The notes beneath the pieces are model-generated. The model saw nothing but the letters and a program-made list of their open reading frames with translations. It made no database searches and was not told the DNA's origin. From the NCBI GenBank assembly GCA_949841045.1, contig CATKXS010000003.1, positions 7,796 through 71,795 on the forward strand: a stretch of 64,000 nt of DNA, read 5' to 3'. The DNA comes from an uncultured Clostridia bacterium. GTDB lineage: Bacteria; Bacillota; Clostridia; Christensenellales; UBA1242. The position numbers and the translations under genes are program-made. Positions 48,645 to 56,875 of this stretch are shown one piece after another (the first letter of the stretch is position 1; each line of letters starts with the position of its first letter).

Positions 48645-51047
48645 TTATTTTACAATTAAATTTACAAGTCTTGCAGGAACATAAATTTCTTTAACAATTT
48701 GTTTTCCGTCAAGATAAGATTTTAAAGTATCCGAAGTCTTAATCGTATTCAATATATTTTCTTGGCTGTCATCTGGGTTTATCATAACTCTTGCGACAAT
48801 CTTTGAATTTACTTGAACGGCAATTTCAACCTGCCCCGCCTTTAAATCTTCTTCTTTGTAAGTTGGCCATGAGTCATCTACTCTTCCGCCAAAGTCAAGC
48901 TCTTGCCATAATTCTTCAGCAGTATGTGGTGCAAAAGGACAAACAAGGCTTAAAAGCACTTTATAATCCTCTTCACTTACAACACTTGCTTTTTCAAGTG
49001 CAGTCGTAAGCACCATGATTTGTGAAATAGCAGTATTAAATTTCAAACCGTCAATGTCCTCACTAACCTTTTTAATACTTTGGGCCAAGATAGTCTTATT
49101 TTCGTCGCTCTTATCTTTTACCACACGGTCAGAAAGTGCAACAATACGATTAAGCAGTCTTTCGCAAGGCTTCATAGTATCTTCGCGCCAAGGTTTAGCC
49201 TCTACATAGTCGCCCATAAACATATGAGCAAGTCTTGTCACATCAGCACCATATTCTCTTACATATTTGAGAGGGTCAACAACATTTCCACGTGATTTAC
49301 TCATTTTAGAGCCGTCACTAGCAAGAATAATACCTTGTTGAACACGTCTATCAAATGGTTCAGGATTTAGAACGAAGCCATTATCATATAAGAACTTATG
49401 CCAAAATCTTGCATATAAAAGGTGTCTTGTAACGTGTTCACCGCCACCATTATAGAGGTCAACCTTATTCCAATATTTGAGTTTTTCAAGAGAAGCAAAC
49501 TCTTTGTCGTTATGTGGGTCAATGTATCTAAGCCAGTACCAGCTTGAACCAGCCCAGTTTGGCATAACATCTGTTTCACGCCTTGCCTTGCCTCCACAAT
49601 GAGGACAAGTTGTGTTTACCCAATCTTCAATAAGCGAAAGCGGGCTTTCACCGTCATCAGAAGGTTTATATTTATCAACCTTTGGAAGAGTTACTGGAAG
49701 CTCATCATCTGGCACAGGTACCCAGCCACATTTTTCACAATAAACAAGTGGAACAGGTTCTCCCCAATATCTTTGTCTCGAGAAAACCCAATCTCTCATC
49801 TTATATGTGTTGATTTTCTTGCCAAGTCCCTTCTTTTCAAGATATTCATTGAGTTTAACTTTTGCCTCTTCAACGGTAAGCCCGCTAAAGCTGTCAGAGT
49901 TAACAAGAGTGCAACCTTTTCCAAGATATTCAGTTTTTTCAAAAGCTTTTTCTGAAATGTCGCCACCAGAAATTACTTCAATAATTGCAAGTCCAGCAAC
50001 TTTAGCAAAATCATAATCACGTTGGTCATGACTTGGCACGCCCATTACAGCACCTGTTCCATACCCAGCAAGTACATAGTCACTGATATAAACAGGCACT
50101 TTTTTTCCGTTAACTGGATTGATTGCATAAATACCTTCAAGAAGGCAACCAGTCTTTTCTTTAAGCATTTGTGTACGCTCAAATTCACTTTTAGAGGAAG
50201 TTTTTAAAATATATTTTTCAACTTCGTCATAATTTTTAATTTTATCTTTTAATTTTTTAACAAGTTCATGCTCTGGAGCAAGTACAAAATAAGTTATACC
50301 AAAAATCGTTTCAATGCAAGTTGTGAAAATATCGAAAGTCTCACCGCTTTCAAGTTTGCAGTGAACAAGTGTTCCCTCGCTTTTGCCTATCCAGTTCTTT
50401 TGCATTATCTTAATATTTTCAAGATAATTTGTATCATCAAGCCCCTTAAGAAGTTTTTCAGCATACTCGCTCATTTTAAGCATCCATTGAGTTTTAGGCT
50501 TCTGCACTGTTGGAGTCCCACAACGTTCACAAACGCCACCCTCACTTTCTTCATTTGACAAGCCAGTTTTGCAATTTGGACACCAGTTTATATTTGCTGT
50601 AGCCTTATATGCCAAGCCTTTTTTATAAAATTGAAGGAAAATCCATTGTGTCCATTTATAATAATTTTCATCTGTAGTGTTTATCTCTCTTGACCAGTCA
50701 AAAGAAATGCCAAGACTCTTAATTTGGTTTTTAAAACTTGCAATGTTATCGCTTGTCGCCTTGATTGGAGAAATTCCATTTTTAATTGCATAATTTTCAG
50801 TAGGTAGACCAAAAGCGTCCCAACCCATAGGATAAAGCACATTGTATCCTTCTGCCCTTTTCTTTCTTGCAACAATATCCATGGCAATTTGACTTGGAGT
50901 ATGACCAACATGAAGTCCGCTTCCACTTGGATAAGGAAATTCAACCAAGATATAATACTTTGGTTTATCCGAAAAATCGACGGCTTTATAACGTCCTTCT
51001 TTATCCCATATTTCCTGCCATTTTTTCTCGTTTGATTTAAAGTCCAT
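48645..51047 (-). CDS. leuS: Leucine--tRNA ligase
   Basis: 800 aa with HVGH (HIGH-type) and KMSKS motifs and the CP1 editing region. GGAGGAAGG SD. Confidence 0.95.
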   Translation of the reverse strand: MDFKSNEKKWQEIWDKEGRYKAVDFSDKPKYYILVEFPYPSGSGLHVGHTPSQIAMDIVARKKRAEGYNVLYPMGWDAFGLPTENYAIKNGISPIKATSDNIASFKNQIKSLGISFDWSREINTTDENYYKWTQWIFLQFYKKGLAYKATANINWCPNCKTGLSNEESEGGVCERCGTPTVQKPKTQWMLKMSEYAEKLLKGLDDTNYLENIKIMQKNWIGKSEGTLVHCKLESGETFDIFTTCIETIFGITYFVLAPEHELVKKLKDKIKNYDEVEKYILKTSSKSEFERTQMLKEKTGCLLEGIYAINPVNGKKVPVYISDYVLAGYGTGAVMGVPSHDQRDYDFAKVAGLAIIEVISGGDISEKAFEKTEYLGKGCTLVNSDSFSGLTVEEAKVKLNEYLEKKGLGKKINTYKMRDWVFSRQRYWGEPVPLVYCEKCGWVPVPDDELPVTLPKVDKYKPSDDGESPLSLIEDWVNTTCPHCGGKARRETDVMPNWAGSSWYWLRYIDPHNDKEFASLEKLKYWNKVDLYNGGGEHVTRHLLYARFWHKFLYDNGFVLNPEPFDRRVQQGIILASDGSKMSKSRGNVVDPLKYVREYGADVTRLAHMFMGDYVEAKPWREDTMKPCERLLNRIVALSDRVVKDKSDENKTILAQSIKKVSEDIDGLKFNTAISQIMVLTTALEKASVVSEEDYKVLLSLVCPFAPHTAEELWQELDFGGRVDDSWPTYKEEDLKAGQVEIAVQVNSKIVARVMINPDDSQENILNTIKTSDTLKSYLDGKQIVKEIYVPARLVNLIVK

Positions 51048-51133
51048 GCCTTCCTCCGCTAATTATATTAAATCATATCAAATTTTTAATTAAAAGTCAA
51101 ACAAATAAATATAAAAGCCTACCAAATATGATG

Positions 51134-51167
51134 GCAAAAAATTTAGGCTGTAAAAATTCTACAGCCT
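51134..51167 (-). terminator. Intrinsic terminator of the transglutaminase-like gene
   Basis: AGGCTGTA 51145-51152 pairs with TACAGCCT 51160-51167, followed on the minus strand by AAATTTTTT. Confidence 0.75.
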
Positions 51168-51208
51168 AAAAGTTTTATAAACTTTTCTTAATATATTTTC
51201 AACCTAAA

Positions 51209-52816
51209 TTATTTTTCGCGGTCTACATAATTTACAATTTCATCATTAAGTTCTTCTAGTTCTAATTCTGCCAAATTTGGTTTTTTATAATAAATTTGTC
51301 CGCACACCAGTTTGTGAGCAAAATCAAATTGCTTATCAGTCCAACCTCGACTTCTTGCCAAAGCATAACATTTTGCCTTATTTTCTTCAAAGCCTTGCGC
51401 CATACCAACCGCTTTTAATGCTGGTGCCATAGAGGTATAATATCCTCTCCACCATGTCTTAATCATTTTTGGCTCATGCTTTGCATTCATAATCTTATCT
51501 CGTTCCTCAGCGATTCGATTTGCCTGTTCATCGCTTATTTCTTCAATATCAGCAAGATGTTTACCAAACTTATATTCAAGCTTCTCTTTATCGCTTTTAC
51601 TTGTAAATTCTTTCATCTTTTTAATATAAGCTTCTGCAATTTCCTCAACGCTATATTTAGACTTACTTAAATTTTTTAATGTTTCATCAGATAATATTGA
51701 TTCTTTATCTTGAAATTTTTTATAATCATAAAAATCATCTAATTCGTACAAGGTGTCATTAACAAGTGCCTTTATTAAATCTTCCATTTTGTGATAAGCT
51801 CTATGCGCCCTATAATGCTTTGTAACTTCATTTTGTTTTAATTTTAATTTTTTGATAGATGATTTTATCTCTTTTGTCATGCGTTTATAAAATTTCTTAT
51901 CATCAACAACATAGCCTTGAAAATTCTTCAAGAAATTGGCTTTACGCTCCTCAAGTTGTTTTTTCCTAAGCTTAAGTTCTTCCTTGCCTTTTATACTTGC
52001 AAAAAGGCGTTTCTTTGACTTATAGAGCTGCTCATCACTTAAATCTAAGTTATTGTCTTTATACATTTCTCTTGCCTGCGAAATAGACAAAAATGAATAA
52101 TAGTATTCTCTTCCGCTTTTATCGCCTTTATCTCTTCCCCATGTTGGCTCAGAAACAAAAAGGCCGTTTATATCGTACTTGGCATCATTTAAATAAACCA
52201 AGCATACCACATGCCCACCGCCACCTTTTGTGTTAACCATTTCTAAATAAGAGCATGGAATATCAAGTCTATTAAGAATGTGCTGAAGTAAAATTGAATA
52301 ACCTGCACATACGATTTTATCACCTGTAAGAATATGAATCATATGTCTTGAAAGACTGGAATTATCACCCTTCCTTTCTAATGCATAATCAAATTGTGTT
52401 ACAATTTCATAGGCATATAAAAACTTCTCGTAAGGCGTCAGTTCTCTACCGTCAACACGTGCATTTCTTATCTCGTTTACCCAATTATTAAGTTTTTTAG
52501 TGGCTTCAAGAACCTGGTCTATCTTGTAATAAGTGTTGCCTTTATTATAGATAACTGATGATTGATAACGACAGGTAAGACCATTTTCGCGAACATTTTT
52601 TAAAGCAATTTCAAATTTCTCTAATCGTTCTTCGTCAAGAACTTCATTCATATTATAATTATCACTATCATTGTATTTAACATCAATAACTCTTGAATAG
52701 CCTTTAATTCTATCTATAAGGTCTTTATCAACCTCTTCTCCACTGAAAAGTCTTATAAATTCATTAACTTTAAATTCAACATGACCATTGGCAATTTTAA
52801 GTTCAATTTGCCCCAT
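51209..52816 (-). CDS. Transglutaminase-like (papain-fold Cys-His) domain protein, no signal peptide
   Basis: The core VCAGYSILLQHILNRLDIPCSYL ... GGGHVVCLVYLND ... FVSEPTWG fits the transglutaminase-like C...H...D/E pattern. AGGAGG SD at 52822-52827. Confidence 0.6.
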   Translation of the reverse strand: MGQIELKIANGHVEFKVNEFIRLFSGEEVDKDLIDRIKGYSRVIDVKYNDSDNYNMNEVLDEERLEKFEIALKNVRENGLTCRYQSSVIYNKGNTYYKIDQVLEATKKLNNWVNEIRNARVDGRELTPYEKFLYAYEIVTQFDYALERKGDNSSLSRHMIHILTGDKIVCAGYSILLQHILNRLDIPCSYLEMVNTKGGGGHVVCLVYLNDAKYDINGLFVSEPTWGRDKGDKSGREYYYSFLSISQAREMYKDNNLDLSDEQLYKSKKRLFASIKGKEELKLRKKQLEERKANFLKNFQGYVVDDKKFYKRMTKEIKSSIKKLKLKQNEVTKHYRAHRAYHKMEDLIKALVNDTLYELDDFYDYKKFQDKESILSDETLKNLSKSKYSVEEIAEAYIKKMKEFTSKSDKEKLEYKFGKHLADIEEISDEQANRIAEERDKIMNAKHEPKMIKTWWRGYYTSMAPALKAVGMAQGFEENKAKCYALARSRGWTDKQFDFAHKLVCGQIYYKKPNLAELELEELNDEIVNYVDREK

Positions 52817-52833
52817 ATTCCCCTCCTAACTCT

Positions 52834-52860
52834 ATTGTAATCGGGGGGGGGATTTGTCAA
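52834..52860 (-). promoter_or_regulatory. Sigma-A-type promoter whose 15-nt spacer contains a C9 (plus-strand G9) homopolymer
   Basis: The minus strand reads TTGACA (52860-52855), aatCCCCCCCCCgat (52854-52840), TACAAT (52839-52834). The upstream gene ends in its own terminator, so this gene needs a promoter of its own. Confidence 0.55.
52843..52851. repeat. G9/C9 homopolymeric tract
   Basis: Nine consecutive G on the plus strand. It is the only G/C homopolymer of this length that I noticed in this AT-rich window. Confidence 0.95.
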
Positions 52861-52910
52861 GGTTTTTTCTAAAAAAAGTTAAATTTTTTAGAAATTTTAG
52901 ACTTTTCAAT

Positions 52911-52938
52911 AAAAAAAAGCCTATCTTTTGGATAGACT
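52911..52938 (-). terminator. Intrinsic terminator of the coiled-coil gene
   Basis: Minus-strand AGTCTATC-caaaa-GATAGGCT. It contains one U-G wobble that would be a C-A mismatch on the plus strand. It is followed by T8. Confidence 0.75.
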
Positions 52939-52942
52939 TTTA

Positions 52943-53773
52943 TTATTCAAGTTCTTCTTCATGGTTTTCAGGCTCAAAATTGAGTTTAGATTTAACCATT
53001 TGAATATCTCGACTACTCATAAGGTTAATAAAATCTTCAACAACCAGGTTTTTCTCTGCTTTCATTGCATTTACAGCATCTTCAAGTTCTTCTCTTGCAA
53101 GGATTGTATAATGATAAGGAGCAGAACATCTATCTTCACTATTTGTCTTTTCCTCTTCTTGTAAGATTTCTTTAATTGTATCTTCTATTATAGGATTTTC
53201 AATATTCTCAGCAATAACCTTTTTAACAAGCCCTCTTTCAATCTCAACCATTTGGCATTCAATTTGAATAGGGTTCACTCCACTCTCTTCCATCTCTTTT
53301 TCTAAATCTTTTCTTTTATTTAGCAATTTAAAAAAATCATGAGAGAAAGATGCTTTTTCTGTAATAAGCTCTTGAACTTTTTTAATTCTTGTCTTAAGTT
53401 CTTCAATCTCTTTTTTGTCTTTTGACGAAAGAATCTTGACTTTTTTAGTTTTCTCTTCTTTTTGTGCAAGCTTTTCTATTAATTCTTTACGGTCTTTTTC
53501 CCACTCACCTATTAGGTCTCTATAATGCCCACATAAATTCGACATGGTGTTTTCAGTGTTAATAATAGCCTTATAAAGTAGTTGCAATGAAACATTTATA
53601 TCTGTCATCAAAAGTTTTGAACTTTGAGGACTGCCATACAAATCATAAAGCTCCCAAACTTTATCTTTATTTGTTTCATATAAATGTTTTAAATTTTGAT
53701 ATTCTTTATTATTAGCTAATATAGGCTTTACATTATTTCTTATAAATCTAACAAAATTTGCACTTGTAGTCAT
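52943..53773 (-). CDS. Hypothetical coiled-coil protein, no signal peptide
   Basis: 276 aa, K/E-rich with heptad-like segments. GGAGG SD. Confidence 0.5.
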   Translation of the reverse strand: MTTSANFVRFIRNNVKPILANNKEYQNLKHLYETNKDKVWELYDLYGSPQSSKLLMTDINVSLQLLYKAIINTENTMSNLCGHYRDLIGEWEKDRKELIEKLAQKEEKTKKVKILSSKDKKEIEELKTRIKKVQELITEKASFSHDFFKLLNKRKDLEKEMEESGVNPIQIECQMVEIERGLVKKVIAENIENPIIEDTIKEILQEEEKTNSEDRCSAPYHYTILAREELEDAVNAMKAEKNLVVEDFINLMSSRDIQMVKSKLNFEPENHEEELE

Positions 53774-53796
53774 TACGCCTCCAAATATATATATTT

Positions 53797-53824
53797 ATTA
53801 TATCACATAAATATTTTAAGTCAA
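53797..53824 (-). promoter_or_regulatory. Sigma-A-type promoter of the coiled-coil gene
   Basis: Minus-strand TTGACT (53824-53819), a 16-nt spacer ending in TGa, then TATAAT (53802-53797). Confidence 0.6.
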
Positions 53825-53905
53825 TAGGCTTTTAAAACCCTTTTTAAAATAACTTCTATTTTAATAAACATTTATTAAAAAATCAAAAATTCTTTGTTAA
53901 AACCA

Positions 53906-53933
53906 TTGACAAAGGTTTAAATTTATGTATAAT
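53906..53933 (+). promoter_or_regulatory. Sigma-A-type promoter of the rplJL operon
   Basis: TTGACA at 53906-53911, a 16-nt spacer, then TATAAT at 53928-53933. Confidence 0.65.
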
Positions 53934-53939
53934 AATAGA

Positions 53940-54072
53940 GTTGAAATAAAATCTTATCCATAGACAGCAAGCGGATTTCCGTAAACACAGTTTGTGTGCT
54001 TGCCGAGGAAAAAGGTATATATAGGAAGTTTTTCTCTATGCTTTTTTCCGAAGGCATAGAGATTTTTATTTT
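53940..54072 (+). promoter_or_regulatory. Ribosomal protein L10 (rplJ) leader with a terminator/attenuator hairpin
   Basis: Structured ~130-nt 5' UTR between the promoter and rplJ. AGACAGCAAGCGG...CTTGCCGAGG pairing is followed by TCTCTATGC 54033-54041 pairing with GCATAGAGA 54054-54062, then TTTTTATTTT. Position and architecture fit the Firmicute L10 leader. I did not verify this against a covariance model. Confidence 0.55.
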
Positions 54073-54108
54073 AATTACACAATATTCATTAAAGGAGGAA
54101 AAGATTTC

Positions 54109-54624
54109 ATGGGTGCTAATTTAGAAGCAAAAAAACTTATTGTTGATGAAATCAAAGACAAGCTTTCAAGAGCAAAATCTGTGACTTTCGTTGATTATAA
54201 TGCACTTACTGTTGCTGAAGACATGGAAATGCGTAGAGAGTTCAAAAAGAACGGCGCTGAATACAAAGTCTACAAAAACAAATTATTGCTCCTTGCACTC
54301 AACGAACTTGGAATCAATGGTGCCGAAGAATTCTTACATGGCACTAGTGCGGTTGCTTTCAGTTATGATGATGAGGTAAGCGGTCCAAAAATTACCTGCG
54401 AAACAGCTGAGAAAACTAAGAAATTAACCGTAAAATTTGGTTTACTTAATGGTAATTTCGTTGAAAGCAAGGAAATTGAAGCTCTGGCAAAACTTCCAAG
54501 CAAAGAAGTTCTTATTGCTACTCTTCTTCGTACTCTCAATGCCCCTATTACTGGGCTTGCTAGAGTATCTATCGCCCCTGTTGAGGGTCTTGCAAGAGCA
54601 TTAAATGCTATTGCAACAAAATAA
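54109..54624 (+). CDS. rplJ: 50S ribosomal protein L10
   Basis: 171 aa with AGGAGG SD. Typical L10 sequence, directly upstream of rplL. Confidence 0.93.
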   Translation: MGANLEAKKLIVDEIKDKLSRAKSVTFVDYNALTVAEDMEMRREFKKNGAEYKVYKNKLLLLALNELGINGAEEFLHGTSAVAFSYDDEVSGPKITCETAEKTKKLTVKFGLLNGNFVESKEIEALAKLPSKEVLIATLLRTLNAPITGLARVSIAPVEGLARALNAIATK

Positions 54625-54702
54625 CACTCCTTGTAATAGTCAATTACATGGAAATATTAAATAAAAAAATGGGAAAAACCCAAATTTAGGAGGAAATTTA
54701 AA

Positions 54703-55074
54703 ATGGCTGATGTTAAAAAATTAGTTGAAGAAATTAAAACTATGACTGTTCTTGAAGTATCTGAACTTGTTAAAGAACTTGAAGAAACTTTTGGTGTAAG
54801 CGCTGCTGCTCCTGTAGCTGTTGCTGCTCCTGTAGCTGGTGCTCCAGCTGCTGCTGAAGAAAAATCTGAATTTACTGTAGAACTCACTGAAGCTGGTTCA
54901 AACAAAATTGCAGTTATCAAAGTTGTAAGAGAAATCACTGGACTTGGTCTTGGCGAAGCTAAGGCTTTAGTTGATGGCGCTCCAAAGGCTGTTAAAGAAA
55001 ACGTTCCAGCTGAAGAAGCTAAAGAAATTGAAGCTAAACTCAAAGAAGCTGGCGCAACTGTTAAACTTAAATAA
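54703..55074 (+). CDS. rplL: 50S ribosomal protein L7/L12
   Basis: 123 aa with an Ala-rich hinge and C-terminal [36 protein letters not shown]. Confidence 0.95.
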   Translation: MADVKKLVEEIKTMTVLEVSELVKELEETFGVSAAAPVAVAAPVAGAPAAAEEKSEFTVELTEAGSNKIAVIKVVREITGLGLGEAKALVDGAPKAVKENVPAEEAKEIEAKLKEAGATVKLK

Positions 55075-55100
55075 ATCAAATAAAAAAAGAATATTGTGTA

Positions 55101-55131
55101 AAAAAACTAGGACATTGCTCCTAGTTTTTTT
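55101..55131 (+). terminator. Intrinsic terminator of rplJL
   Basis: CTAGGA 55107-55112 pairs with TCCTAG 55119-55124, flanked by A6 and T7. Confidence 0.8.
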
Positions 55132-55224
55132 GTGTATGCATTATGCACTTTATATCATAAAATGTTTTTAAACTAAACATTTTTCTGTTACATGTGCCTT
55201 AGGCACTGTATTTTAAAACCTCTT

Positions 55225-55266
55225 ATAAAAAGACCATGGGATGTCCATGGTCTTTGTTGTTTTTTA
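55225..55266. terminator. Bidirectional intrinsic terminator (serves the ThyX-like gene on the minus strand)
   Basis: 11-bp stem AAAGACCATGG 55229-55239 pairing with CCATGGTCTTT 55245-55255, with T-rich tracts downstream on both strands. Confidence 0.75.
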
Positions 55267-55370
55267 TAATGATGCAAACTAAGTTTGCTCGCCAAATGTA
55301 AGGCTTGCCGGAACAAATAAAGTATTATAAAGTGGCCAAGCCACACGATAACCGCCAAACGTAAGGCTTG

Positions 55371-56750
55371 TTACACTTCACTTTCAAGATTTATACCATC
55401 AAGAAAACCACATGGCGCTTTGCAAGTATACCCTGCTTTACATCTTGCTCCACTTGCAACCTTTGTAAGTTTGTCTGCATATTTTTGAGCAACCTTGCGA
55501 AGGTCTTTATCTTCCAAAGTACGAGCTTCTTCGCTGAGTGCATCTCTATATTCTCTTGCTTGCATAAGAGTCAAATCTCTAATCTCTTTTTGAGCGCAAG
55601 CGCAAAGTCTTTCGTCTGTTTTTAAGATAAAGTCACCAAATGAACCTGCCTCGTTCACATTTAAAAGTGTACCTTGAGGTAAGAACTCTGAAACTGAAGC
55701 AATATCTCTAAGATAATCATTTTTAAGTTCTTCATTTGACCTGATAATTGGTGGAATATAGAAATCTTTAATCTTTCCAAAATCATTTACAAATCTAAGA
55801 TTGTCAATAGAAGAATTGATTGTTCTATGCCTTTGATTTTGAGCAAGACAAGCAATAGACATCTTATATACACCCTGATAATTTGAAGAATAGATTTTCT
55901 TAAGAATTGGGTCGCCAAATAAAGAGAAATTTCTATTCTTTCCGTCTGTGAGTTTTGCTGAATATAAATTCATATCTTTTGTCCAGTCTACAAACTCTTG
56001 CATTTCATCTCTTAAATTAGCATAGAAATTATTCTCTGGCTTAGCTATTTGCGCTTCCATCCAATGCGCAATATAATTAAGTTGTCTAAAGTTTGTTGAA
56101 TAAACCATGTTTGTATTAGTGAAAGCTGACACCATATATCTTGCATTTTCTTGAGCAAGTTTTCTTGCTTTCTTTCCTTCTGGGTCAAAGAATTTGTTAC
56201 TGCCGTCTGGATATAATTTCTTAATTTCTCTTTCGAAAATATCTACCCATTTAGAATAAAGGGCATTTTGTCTTGGTTCAATATCCTTCAATTTAGTATA
56301 TCTAGCTGATTTTTCACTTGTATTGTAGTCTTTTTCATTGTTTAAAACCATTGCAAGTGCTTTTGGAATACCAGAAATTTCAAGAGTTAAGAAAGAGTGA
56401 CCAAAAGTTGAATGGTGACCACTATTTTCAACTTGAGTTGCAATGCCAAGAATATTCTCAATAGGTTTGTTATTTAATTTTTCAAAAGTGTCTGGCATAT
56501 AACAAGTTGCCCCCATGAGACCGGCAACAACACGGTTAAATTCATAATCATATTCTTTTGGAATTCTACTGTCAAATTCAGTGGCAACCTTATCTATTAA
56601 TTTGTCCAAAAATCTTTGGTCTATGTAATACCCACCACCGTTTTCAACAATTTCAACTACAGCTTTCTTTAGACCTTTAACAATATCCTCTTTAGAAAGG
56701 CAACCTTTTTCACCTTTTAAAACAGTTTGCATTTTGATTTTAATATCCAT
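55371..56750 (-). CDS. thyX: Tandem-fused flavin-dependent thymidylate synthase (ThyX-like), two Thy1-type domains
   Basis: N-domain: SGHHSTFGHSFLTLEISG...NNEKDYNTSEKSARYTKL and ARYMVSAFTNTNMVYSTNFRQLNYI. C-domain: QRHRTINSSIDNLRF..DFYIPP...CACAQKEIRDL. Both align with the canonical ThyX pattern HGHxxxxEH...RHRxxxxxxxSxRY...FYIP...AQxEIR. Confidence 0.7.
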   Translation of the reverse strand: MDIKIKMQTVLKGEKGCLSKEDIVKGLKKAVVEIVENGGGYYIDQRFLDKLIDKVATEFDSRIPKEYDYEFNRVVAGLMGATCYMPDTFEKLNNKPIENILGIATQVENSGHHSTFGHSFLTLEISGIPKALAMVLNNEKDYNTSEKSARYTKLKDIEPRQNALYSKWVDIFEREIKKLYPDGSNKFFDPEGKKARKLAQENARYMVSAFTNTNMVYSTNFRQLNYIAHWMEAQIAKPENNFYANLRDEMQEFVDWTKDMNLYSAKLTDGKNRNFSLFGDPILKKIYSSNYQGVYKMSIACLAQNQRHRTINSSIDNLRFVNDFGKIKDFYIPPIIRSNEELKNDYLRDIASVSEFLPQGTLLNVNEAGSFGDFILKTDERLCACAQKEIRDLTLMQAREYRDALSEEARTLEDKDLRKVAQKYADKLTKVASGARCKAGYTCKAPCGFLDGINLESEV

Positions 56751-56777
56751 TTTAATATTCCCCTTTTTTCATAGTAA

Positions 56778-56806
56778 ATTATATCATACTCTCCTGTCCA
56801 TTTCAA
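56778..56806 (-). promoter_or_regulatory. Sigma-A-type promoter of the ThyX-like gene
   Basis: Minus-strand TTGAAA (56806-56801), a 17-nt spacer ending in TGa, then TATAAT (56783-56778). Confidence 0.65.
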
Positions 56807-56810
56807 TACC

Positions 56811-56846
56811 AAAACTAAAAAAGATGCACAATTTTTATGCATCTTT
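56811..56846 (-). terminator. Intrinsic terminator of the ankyrin-repeat gene
   Basis: AAAGATGCA 56820-56828 pairs with TGCATCTTT 56838-56846, followed on the minus strand by TTTAGTTTT. Confidence 0.65.
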
Positions 56847-56875
56847 ATTTAAACTCAAAGTTTATAAACCTCTAA

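Noticed and set aside
51048-51208. Expected T-box leaders upstream of leuS (51048-51208) and cysS (60200-60231)
   Set aside because: The gaps are about 160 nt (much of it the upstream gene's terminator) and 32 nt. Both are too short for a T-box riboswitch, and I saw no T-box consensus (AAnnnGGGTGGTACCGCG-like). These genes appear not to be T-box regulated here, which is noted only as an absence.
54657-55079. 140-aa Ala/Ser-rich ORF antisense to rplL, and other long antisense or alternate-frame ORFs inside ftsH (39286-39789), mfd (23694-24164), hflX (14502-14927), the SpoVB-like gene (29616-30002), leuS and the ankyrin gene
   Set aside because: Each overlaps a confidently identified conserved gene. 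Their compositions are typical of out-of-frame or antisense reading, and they have no independent signals.
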